From Albugo candida (taxonomy: Eukaryota), in contig JBDOQK010000050.1 in NCBI GenBank assembly GCA_040437565.1, forward strand, positions 1 through 64,000: a stretch of 64,000 bases of DNA, written 5' to 3'. Below, one piece after another: positions 10,859 to 22,375 of this stretch. The stretch's first letter is position 1. The number at the start of each line of letters is the position of its first letter. The notes below the pieces were generated by a model. It worked only from the letters and a program-made list of their open reading frames with translations, had not been told where the DNA came from and did not search any database. Made by a program: the position numbers and the translations under genes.

Positions 10859-13020
10859 ATGCCACGTCTTAAAAAGTAAAGGAAGCACGTACGTGCAGCG
10901 TCAAAGGCAGCTACGGAAAATAAGATCCAAAAAGCTGGAGCAGATGAGGATGTTCATGAACGAGATGGCGAAATAATTTGCCTGAACAGCAATGATTATT
11001 CTCATACAGCCAGTGAATTTGACAGTGAAAACGAAATAGAAAATGGCGTCGAAGATGCTGACACAGTCGTCCGCAACAGAGAGACATCTGTTATATAGTT
11101 TTCTGGCCAACAGCAATCGCCCCAGACGCTATGTTGGGTACTCGCTGCGTACACGCACAACCAAGAGCGGGATGCTGAAGAAGGCTGCAGCAGACTCAAA
11201 ACTATTGACATCGTACTGGCGTCCGAAGGCAACGGTTTTGATAGCTGTTGGAGAGGATGAGATGCGGAAAGCCAAGCGGATGATGAAGCTCACAGCGATG
11301 AGAATGACGATTTACATAGCGGTTTGTGTTCAGACGTGGCTCTCAGCAAAGTAATTGAGAAGCTCATCAAGATTACACAGAAGGGGAAAATGGAAAACTA
11401 TGCGGCGTGTGCGCGTGCCTCTGCAATACTTGCATACTTTCGCTTGACAAAATGCGGAATGAAAAGGATGGCCGCTAGCTCCCGTATTGCAGATGCAGCT
11501 GGAAAGGAGTTATATCGCAAATTAATTCGTACTTGGGCATTCACCTTCCTAGAAGAATGGTTCTCTTCCTGAATTGAGGGAAGGAAAGCATGCGAAATGA
11601 AAATGCATCCTTCTTGATGAAGATTGTATTCTGCCTTTGCAAAAGTACCTTCGTGGAAAAAAGTTCAAAGTGGAACTCGCTGCTTTGGTTGAACATACGA
11701 ATACTAAGATCCTTCTGAGATTGGGCTATGATCCCTCGCCAACAATATCTGAGAGAAAAAATGATGCGCTGGCTGAATGCCTTGAATAAAGTACCCCATG
11801 AGCTTCAAAAGGGCATCTCTGTTGATGGGCATGAAAGGAAAGACGTCGTGAAATACTAACAGGAATTTCTCGAAAAAAGGGAGGATCTAGCACCTCGGAT
11901 ACTTATCATCACAACGAAAGGGGAAGATCGCGAAGGCGATATAATTTGGCCATCTGCCAACGTTCGATCACTTCTTTTGGTTACCCATGACGAAAGTGCG
12001 TCTCCGTCAATGATGCTTTAATAAGCCTTTGGCTACCCGCATGATGAACAGCCGTTGTGATAAAAACGTCAAGGAAGAAGTATTCATGTGAGCGAATTCT
12101 TGTGCCCAACTTCAGGACGACTGGCATTGGATGAAGAGAAACGAGCGCGGTTTCCTGCGCTATCAGAAGAAGCATGTGTTATCATTCACCCTGGTGTCCA
12201 GCACGATGGCTGGTGGGGATCATAGGACCTTTATAATCAAGTTCGCAATCGAGCCATAAATATATTTAAGGCTCAATTTCCAGGCATGCAAGCATTTTTT
12301 CTCTTTGATAACGCCTCAAGCCATGCTTCTTTTTCCGATAAAGCTCTCCGTGCAAATCGAATGAACCTTAGTCCAGGTAAAAAATTTCCCCCTATGCGGT
12401 CGACAACCTGGGGGGATGGAGTTCATCAGGAAATGACTTTTCCATTTTTTTTTCAGACTTTTTTTTATTAAACCAATTCATAAAATCTGTTGAAGAAACT
12501 GATTCAGAGGATTATGGAGACGAAAAAATTCGTGGAAAACCAAAGGGCATCAAAATTATTTCTAAGGGACGTGGTCTTTGGCGTGCAGGACTAGCGCTTG
12601 ACTGCCTTGGAAAGTGCTCTCCGATGTTACAAAACTGCTGCGCAAGAAAAATTACCGCAAACCAGCCTGATTTCCTGAAGCAGAAGCGCACGTTGGAGAA
12701 AGTGATTATGAGTTCTGGTCGCACGATTATATTTTACCCAAAGTTTTATTGCGAACTTAAATTTATTGAGAACTTGTGGGTTGCTGCCAGACGATAGTCT
12801 CGCAAAAATTGCAATCATTCCTGGGTTGACGTGAAAGAGATGGTCCCGAAGGCATTGCAATCGGTAACTCTGGATTTGATACGCCACCCCTAGCGAAAGG
12901 CAGAACGATACATGGACGTTTATCGCAAAGGATTAAGTGGTAAATCCGCGGAATATGCGGTTAAGAAATACCGTTCGCCGACGTGTGCCGAACTCCATCT
13001 GATTGACATAAACTGCCTTA
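10859..13020 (+). pseudogene. IS630/Tc1/mariner-like DDE transposase relic with a long D-E spacer
   Basis: VDGHERKDVV, LVTHDES, DGWWG, FLFDNASSHA, GKPKGIK, CCARKI..QPDF, LPKFYCELKFIE and YMDVYRKGL...AVKKYRS; many stops and frameshifts. Termini not found. Confidence 0.8.
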
Positions 13021-16000
13021 TAGCATGATATTCGATATGTATTACAGATCCGAAGTGTTGCGCTCTCTCATTGGCTAATATTTACATCCTGGTGCTCTTT
13101 CATCGGCCACAGTATATATATCTATTAACAGGATAAAATGCGGCCAAATTTCCATCTCTCCATACAAAATCACGAAAATTCGCCAAAATTCAACCTCCTA
13201 CTACTTCGTCCAAAATGAATGGGCAAAATCTCGGTCTCCTCTGTAAGAAAGCCAAGTCAATGTGCTTTGTTTATATGAAGGACATTTTGCTCTATAATAA
13301 TTTTTATTGTAGAAGTAGAAGTTCTTGTTAATGCAATTTATGGTCTGATTGTAAGTGTCTTGCACTGTAGTTGCGCACTATCCTCTATTCTAAATGAGCA
13401 GCAAATATGTTTCTGCTGCAGGTAACAATTTCCACGACCGTGACGTGGAGGAATGATCGCGATTCTTGGATTGATCGAGAGAAATATCGGGTATAACGTG
13501 CTAGCAGTCAATCCCGCTCTAGGGAGGCAATCCAGCTTGACGCAATAGTTTTTGTAGACGTAACCGACATGGTACTGTAGCGTGATTAGAGCTGTAGGGA
13601 GACCAGTTCTTTAACTTTTGTAGGTTGCGACCTTCGCGCAAGTGATCATCAGTTTTGTCCATATAATTCTTTTAGGAAATTCCGCCATTCTTTTTGGCGT
13701 TAAATTCGGATCTTTCCGGTTGTTGCATTGGCTTTTTTTCCTGCAAGAACATATCCTTCCCTCACCGCATGGAGCTGGACTCTTTTTTTGCAAGCTCGCG
13801 TGCAAGCATGAGCTCCTGATGCAAAGAAACGGGTTTTTGCTACTTAAGCGTCTTGTTTCTTCTCCATATCACGTGCGATCTCTTCCCAGAGTTGTTATGC
13901 AAGCTCCATCTCCTATGGCTTGTTTCTTGACATCTCATCTTGAATTCACTTAACTTTCGACTTTCAGATCCTCTTCAAACAGCGCACGATCTTCCACTTG
14001 GCTTTAGTCGCAATCCATTTCAATTTTATCGACCAAATTACTAGAAGCTTAATATCTCGAGAGGTTGGAACATATCAACGAGCCTTTGCACTGCCTAAAA
14101 CAGGTTACATATTTGTGAAAAGGTCGTTCCATCCCAGGCTAAGACGTACAGGATGATCGCGAGGATACATGCTTTATTGTATAGCAGCAAATGTAGAAGT
14201 GCTTTTATTATCAATGCTCGTTATCTTTCTCTTCTTCAGCTTTGCAAACTTTAAATAGATCTAATGTACTATGCTAATTTTACCTACGCAACGTGCGGTT
14301 GGGATCATTCCTTCTAACTTTGAAGAACACTCGTATTTTGTCGAGGAAGTGAGTTCATTTTGAGATGTGAATTACTGTAACCCTCAGAGGTTCGTTGGTT
14401 AGGTTCGGAAAAATAAAGTGATAAATACTCTACACCTTTTCGATGAACAGCCTTTTGTCGTTTGTGACAAATATCAGATTGCATTCTGACACAAGGAAAG
14501 AAGTATGATACTTCGATGTGCTTTTAAGAAAATTCGAAGTCGAGAGCCGCATACCAGTTGAAACGAGACAATTTGTGAGCCAGTTTTCACATTTTTTTTA
14601 AATTCATTTGTCACTTTCTGGCAAAAGATGTTTGCTACTTATCAAATGACGCTCTGGAGAAACATTCGTCAATATCAGCACCATACCTGAAAAATCAAAG
14701 CTTCGAAGCGCATTGTTCAATGAGATCATACNNNNNNNNNNNNNNNNNNNNNNNNNNNNNNNNNNNNNNNNNNNNNNNNNNNNNNNNNNNNNNNNNNNNN
14801 NNNNNNNNNNNNNNNNNNNNNNNNNNNNNNNTACGTGTTTCTACAAGAATCTAAGGTGCAGATTGTTGAAAGAACTTAACAATGTGTTCTAGGTTTCTAG
14901 TCGCACTTGGAACTTAGTTTAAACAATTGGTTAGGATTTTAACTCTCTAAAATAAAACCTCAGTTTTGGCAATTTTCCTGGAACACCGCATCTTCGCTCA
15001 CCTGCCAACACAGATTGTATCAATTCGCCATCCACTGCTATCGTCGATGCCTCTAAAGAGGAACATAAGTATGCTTTAGCTGATGGAAGTTTTGTTGTAT
15101 TACCTATAAATGAAACTGTGAGATTTCATCCAAGCCAAGAACATCGTTGCTGTAGCATGCGAAGATATCGGGATCAGAACGTCATCGAACCGAATCATAA
15201 ACGTGCACCAACGTCGCTTCGAACGGGACCAAATCAATAGTTGGTTTATGGTCATGCTGTAAGTCTAAATATATTCGTGCGTGCAGAGAAATGATCGTAC
15301 GTGCAGCAATCCTCTGTAGAATCCATCTTTGTAGTTGTCACTTAGAGAGTTTCAGTCACGAATAGGTGTGGTTATTTCATTTACCGACTACATGAATCTG
15401 AGCACACTAAATGTTCAGTCTACTTGTACATGATTTGATGACGTTGCACACAACGACTGTAATGCTCACCTAAAGATGTGAACTTGCAGTGAGTCAGTCA
15501 TTCGATTAATATTTTGCAATATTGCGTAAGGTTGATAGATTACGGTACTCTCGCTTCAAATCTTTGGTTTGAAGTCCAACATGACCATACAGGACTATGT
15601 GCAACCAGATGGGATTCATTTAGCGTTGATGTCCTCATAACCTTCTGTTTGCGTAGAATTGAAGACTTCTGATATCTGCGTCATGCTGCCGAAAGTATAT
15701 ACGTGCATTCCTATGCAAACCTTTTTTTAGGTGGTTTAGCGCCTTAGATCAACAAGCTTCCCGTCTCAAAGTAAGCTAGCAACACTTGTTTGACACTTGT
15801 GAACTTCATCAGGGATCAGTCGCTCCCAATTATTCAAAACGGTTTTGAAATACCAGTTTTCGTCCTCGCGGCTTCATATCAACGACTTTTTCAGCGACTT
15901 TTACAGCATTTGTCCATTTTCTTCGTCTGCTTCCACATCCATCAACATTCCGCGATATAAATCAACACTGCAATTGGCTCAGTTAACATCAATGATACTC

Positions 16001-16561
16001 CAAATGAGCCAAAGCCACCTTACAAAGCTGAGTGTCCATTCGGAACTTGATTGTACCACCATTCTACACCCATAAACTAACGTGGAATGCTTTTTATGCC
16101 TGTGATATTCATTTTACTCATGTCCTACCCAGTTTTCATAAAAAAAATACATCAGAAAGCTGATCAAACTTGAACAATGTTGGCGAAGTCTCGTAATGGA
16201 CTGACGACAGAATGCAGTCCACCATGCCGATTAATTGAAGAGTTGATTTGAGAAACTCCTCTACGAGTAGCGGTAATCAAGGAGTCACTGAAGGTGAAGA
16301 AAAAGATCGGTGATGCTGAAAGTGTTTATAATGCGTCTGCTAAAAACGCCTAAAAAGCGAGACACGCGTCGATCTTCTTTGTTCAAGCTGGCGTCGCATT
16401 CCAACATCCCCACGAAAAGTATCGTGGGCCTCATATTGAAACCGATTCTTTCCTTTCTCTTTTAATATTTCAATGTAGCCTTTGATCTCCCATTCAATCT
16501 ACCCGAAAACGGTTTGATTTGGGACGATCTATGAGCCACGTAACCAAAGCTCCCAACAGAA

Positions 16562-18182
16562 CTTTCTAAGGTAGCTGTAGCTGTTGTGCTCTTCAGCTCA
16601 TGAAGTGCATGTCGGTTGTGTCAGTGTTTCCTCCTCTAGGCGACCGCCCCATCTCAGGCGGATCAAGCAAGCGAATCCCCCCGGAAGTCGTTGGTTCGAA
16701 TCCCGATTTGGTGTGCTGCCATTCGATTAGGAACGTAAGCAGAATATTTTGCTGCACCGTCCCAAAACGAAAGAAGCAAATTACACGAGAAAATCATGAA
16801 GTGAACTATATTCATCACCGTCCGGTGCACACGATCATTTTTTTAACTTTCAGCTTGGTTGCCAGCCTCCATGACTTGGCGTTCACTCCACAATCACGAC
16901 AGAACAATTCAACATTTTTTTATTCTCCACCAAATGTCTGTGTGAATCGCGTGCATGCGGAAATTGTATCGTTTATACATATAAACGAATAATGCTCAAA
17001 CGTTTTCGCTGGTTGAGGAGCCTTCGTACGCAAGGCTTACCTCTTGGATCACCACCTGAGTGGCACTGCGAAACTGTACTACCACAATCAACTAGAGACT
17101 TGGTGGTGGCAGCAGCAACCGACGCTGTAATACGTCATGCAATGTTTGCACCAGAGTTTTCAGACGACTATCACTCAAACTCTAGCAACCAAGCTTCTTA
17201 CCGCGAGAAAGGACCCGAAGCGTTCTTGGCCCGAACATTTTCTCTATCTAGTCGCTGCGAGTGATGCGAGGAGTGGCGCCGAGGCTNNNNNNNNNNNNNN
17301 NNNNNNNNNNNNNNNNNNNNNNNNNNNNNNNNNNNNNNNNNNNNNNNNNNNNNNNNNNNNNNNNNNNNNNNNNNNNNNNNNNNNNNCACAACCGACATGC
17401 ACTTCATGAGCTGAAGAGCACAACAGCTACAGCTACCTTAGAAAGTTCTGTTGGGAGCTTTCTAAGGTAGCTGTAGCTGTTGTGCTCTTCAGCTCATGAA
17501 GTGCATGTCGGTTGTGTCAGTGTTTCCTCCTCTAGGCGACCGCCCCATCTCAGGCGGATCAAGCAAGCGAATCCCCCCGGAAGTCGTTGGTTCGAATCCC
17601 GATTTGGTGTGCTGCCATTCGATTAGGAACGTAAGCAGAATATTTTGCTGCACCGTCCCAAAACGAAAGAAGCAAATTACACGAGAAAATCATGAAGTGA
17701 ACTATATTCATCACCGTCCGGTGCACACGATCATTTTTTTAACTTTCAGCTTGGTTGCCAGCCTCCATGACTTGGCGTTCACTCCACAATCACGACAGAA
17801 CAATTCAACATTTTTTTATTCTCCACCAAATGTCTGTGTGAATCGCGTGCATGCGGAAATTGTATCGTTTATACATATAAACGAATAATGCTCAAACGTT
17901 TTCGCTGGTTGAGGAGCCTTCGTACGCAAGGCTTACCTCTTGGATCACCACCTGAGTGGCACTGCGAAACTGTACTACCACAATCAACTAGAGACTTGGT
18001 GGTGGCAGCAGCAACCGACGCTGTAATACGTCATGCAATGTTTGCACCAGAGTTTTCAGACGACTATCACTCAAACTCTAGCAACCAAGCTTCTTACCGC
18101 GAGAAAGGACCCGAAGCGTTCTTGGCCCGAACATTTTCTCTATCTAGTCGCTGCGAGTGATGCGAGGAGTGGCGCCGAGGCT
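16562..18182. repeat. Gap-flanking duplication (16562-17286 = 17458-18182) plus a 75-bp foldback
   Basis: Identical ORF translations at an 896-bp offset; 17387-17461 is the reverse complement of 16546-16620. Confidence 0.92.
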
Positions 18183-21100
18183 CTAGTGCTCAAAAATATG
18201 GTCCAGTACGCATCGCCTGACCTCTCACACGTGCTCATGGCTAAGTACGATGATAATCGCATGGATTATTTGCTGCACGCTGAGGAGCTGGCGCATTTCG
18301 CGCAAGCTATCAAAACTGGTGTGCGTGGTGGAAAAGCCACCGGTAAGGATGTCTTGCTGCATGTTGGAGAATACCAGCCACGAAACGATACTCAAACTTG
18401 TTACAATTGCAACAAATTTGGCCACATTGCGCTCAATTGTCGTGGAAACAAAAAAGAAAAAGGACACGAACGTGGTGTTTATATGACTCTCGCTGCAGTT
18501 GATGATCGAGAGATTGTTCAAGATCAATGGATTCTCGGTTCAATCGACACCTTGTGAACGACGAGAGAATGCTTCAAGAATCTCGTGATTGTGTCAGCCA
18601 GTGCATGTTACCAGATGTCACGATAGTTGGATAAGCTCTGCTTCATGTAACTGCGGCTGGGGAACCTCGTACCGTGCGATTAACTGATGTCCACCTTGCC
18701 CCATTGATTACGAGGAACAATACTCCTATGGAAAGAAGGAGTAAAAAGGGGCTCAAACTTGCACACGCGGATGGTTTTCGGTCACTGGAACATTTCAAGA
18801 CTNNNNNNNNNNNNNNNNNNNNNNNNNNNNNNNNNNNNNNNNNNNNNNNNNNNNNNNNNNNNNNNNNNNNNNNNNNNNNNNNNNNNNNNNNNNNNNNNNN
18901 NNAGGAGTAAAAAGGGGCTCAAACTTGCACACGCGGATGGTTTTCGGTCACTGGAACATTTCAAGACTGTTGCGGCGGCATTTGGTCTACAAATGAACAA
19001 TAATGTGCTAATGGTGCAAGTCGATTGAAACGCCCGATCATGAGTTCAGGGGATGTAATTATGGTGGTAATTAATGAAGAATCGACTGCCAGTGATGATA
19101 AAGACATGTATGTCGGCACGCTGATGCAATTCCATCAACGTAGGGCTCATTTATCGTATAACACTATCGAGCTTATGCCTAAAGACCCGATGTCAGGGAT
19201 ACAGCTAAGTGGGAAGAAACGTGCGAAATTGTTTAACATGCAATTCACACATGCATTCGTTTAACATACGCGAAGGAAACGCAGAAAAAGAACTTGAGTC
19301 AAAGCAAGACACGGGCAAGAATTCACATATCGATAGAATTGGAGGGGTGATATGCAGTGACTTGAATGGACCGACGAAACCGAAGGATCGACTGGGTAAT
19401 CGATGCCTGATAAATTTTGCTGATCACAATTCAAACTACTGTCGCATTTTTCCAGCCAAGACCGAGGACGCGGTAGCCAAGAAATTTGAACATTTTTTAT
19501 TCATTTCCGAGAAAATGTACAACTACCGAGTTCATATGTTGCAAACTAGGCGTCAAATGAAAAGGCATAGCGGATGCACAGGACTGTTTTAAACTTGGCA
19601 AAATGCATGATTTACGCTTGTAGGAGATGCCGTGGAGTGCGCAGCGTACATACTTAATCGAAGCCCCAGTCACTCTAACAAAAACTGGGCATCACCTCTA
19701 AACGTTTTTGTCGAAGATGCCGCACATAATGGAAAGTTGCTTCACTGAAGAGAGAAAAAATGGAAGTAGTTACATAATGCATGACCGTTAGTATCTCTTC
19801 CCACGGGCTTCCTGAGTTACGAAACCACCACGTCGGGACAGTCCATAACAGAACTTATCCGAAACCACTATTTAGATCCTTGGATCGTTTTACCAAAACG
19901 TCCGACGGATGGCAATGTGGAGTCGTTACTTTTCAACAGCTTTAACTCGAAAAGTATCAGATGTGAGTTCGATTGTGGCTTTTGATTCAATATGCACTGT
20001 GTACATAGACCCGCACAAGCATTCTCTACAACAGCGAGCGCAAGTTGGAATCATCATCGGCAAGAATAATGAGATGAGGAGATTCCGCGTGTATTCAAAG
20101 AAGTATGGTTTGGTCATTGTTCCTCAGCATGTCAAGAATATCGATGCTGAACAAAACTCGCATGTTTAGCGTGGACTTGAATCTACTATTGGCGATAGAG
20201 GAGAGACGTCAGAAGGAGATGATGCGACAATTGTCTTATCATATATTGATGCAGATAAAGTTACTCAAACCGTTCCGGAAGAGAAGAAGAAGAAGGATTG
20301 GTAGAGATCGCGGCATGTGACACGTTCGACAACAAGAACTCCAATAATTGCTCGTCAGAAGAAGGACATAGCTGAGGAATTGGAGAACCATATTGTCGAG
20401 CTTGATTTAGCTAACTATGGCGTAGCGATAAATAGCTCCAAGTCACAAGAATACAAGAATGGAAGAAAGCGATGGAAGAAAAAATATCTGCTTTGATTCG
20501 CCAGGAGTTTACGAAATCATTTAAACGAGCTCGTGAAAGCAATGTGCTGCAAAGCAAGTGGTTTTTCAAGACGAATACTGACGCCGAAGGCAAAATTGAG
20601 AGATTCAAAGCTCAGCTTGTATCTTGTGGAAATGAGCAAAAATTTGGAGTTGATTTCTTTCTAAGTTTTGTTGCAGCATGAACATGTCAACAGTGAAATT
20701 GTATTGGCTTTGGAGGTTATTTGGGGCGTTCCTGCTCACCGCGCCGACGTGCCAAACGCCTATGCACAGGAATACAAAGAAATTGGGCTAGACATTTTTT
20801 TCTGCATGTACCAGGCGGAATGGTGCTTACACTTCAGGAGCTCCAAGGGTTTGGAGCTAGAAGCATCAGTGAACTTGTGTTGAAGAAGACATTATACGGT
20901 CTTGAGCAGGCCGGTCGATTGTGGAAAAAATTACTTCATATGAAACTTACTCAATCTGGATATGGGCGCTGTGACACAAATATGTGTGTTTATTACAAGG
21001 TTATTGACTACAACGTCATTGTGGTTGGGATATTGTGGATGATCTTGTAACATCGACAAATGCTGATTTGATTCAAGATTTCTTCAGAAGTCTTGCTTCC

Positions 21101-22270
21101 TTGTCCATTGGAATGCGCATCAAGATTGTCGAGAGAGGTGGATATTTTTTGGATTAGGAAGAGGCGATATGATCTTCTTCGTGATGCCGGGATAAACTTG
21201 GTAAAGACCGTGCGCACGCCAATCGGTGATGATAGATACGAGGTGTCCTTGGATAACGAGATCTGCTGCTGGTTCATGGGAGTGAAGGCCAGCCAGCAGT
21301 CAAGAATTTTCAATCTCTCGTAGGCAGTCTTCTACGCTTGTCACTTTGCACCTATCCCGACATTGCTTTCGCTGTTCAAAAGGCAACAAGACAAACACAT
21401 AAGCAAAGCCAATTATTCTCGATTGGAATCCGCAAAGCGCATCGTAGGTGACCTAAAGGGGAAAAGGCGCTCCAGCTGCTCATGGTCGCTGACCAAGCAC
21501 CGGTTCTGTGCTAAATCTTGCGTCCTTCAGCGATGCTGATTTGTATCGGACAAGGGGAATCGCAAGTCGATGACCGGAGCCGTCGTGGTGATAAATGGTA
21601 TGATTGTCAGCTAGATGTGCAAGAATAACGGTGGTTTTTCGCTGTCCACAGTGGAAGCTAAGAATGTCGCTGCTTGTGACGTGGCACGAGAGTTACTTGG
21701 TGTACGCGAAGTGCTTCAGGAGCTGGGATTTATGATCGTGACCCCGATGACAATGATGATTGATAATCCGGCTGCGATTAAGAACCTGGAAGGTGAGTCA
21801 TCACCTGTTAAAGCAAGCACATCGACATAAGCGTAAAGTTTGTGTGTCATCAAGCAAGACGTGGGGTTATTGTAAAACATTACGTACCTTCGGACAAAAT
21901 GATCGCCGACATATTGACGAAGTCGCTCGATTCTCATAGGCTCTCCAGTCTACGCGCACTCATGAATAGTACTAACCACAATACGGCCGAGAAGGAGTGT
22001 TGGAAGATGGTCGAGATGTATGACGTCATTTAACGACCGTGCTGTTAAAAACAGTGCGCGATGTTGAAGTTTGTATGCGGACAGGCTGCATTGGAAATGC
22101 ATATGATAACAGCTTCACATTTAGCACTAAGATAAAAAGACAGGGAGAATTTGTCAAGTTTGGTCCACGAAGACACCAATGCTTGTTTGACTCCAGGATT
22201 TATATATTTTCTAAAAGCATATCATCCGCTCACAAATGGACGAAAGGAATAAAAATCTCTCGCCTCAATT
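17900..22270 (+). mobile_element. Ty1/Copia LTR retrotransposon, degenerate
   Basis: Domain order is gag (KRSWPEHFLYLVA; CYNCNKFGHIALNC), protease (QWILGS), integrase (IGGVICSDLNGP), RT (ERFKAQLVSCG; DVPNAY; LKKTLYGLEQAGRLW), RNase H (FSDAD; DNPAAI; ADILTKSL). A purine tract GAGAAGGAG is followed by TGTTGGAAG at 21998, the 3' LTR start. Outer ends are approximate and no 5' LTR was found. Confidence 0.93.
19709..19938. mobile_element. 230-bp solo LTR nested in the Copia integrase
   Basis: TGTCGAAGA...TTTTCAACA ends, target duplication GTTTT/GCTTT. Removing it restores the frame SPLNVLTRKVSDVSSIVAF. Confidence 0.8.
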
Positions 22271-22375
22271 AAGTCTACTCGGCGTTTGCCATAAAGTCAT
22301 GCTGTCTGCAATTCAGCTAGTTGGCTTAATTCGTGCACGCAAAGTCACGTACACGCTTCATTACTTTTCTATACT

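Noticed and set aside
16680..16715. Functional tRNA gene
   Set aside because: Only a B-box; the T-stem pairs poorly and no acceptor, D or anticodon stems were found.
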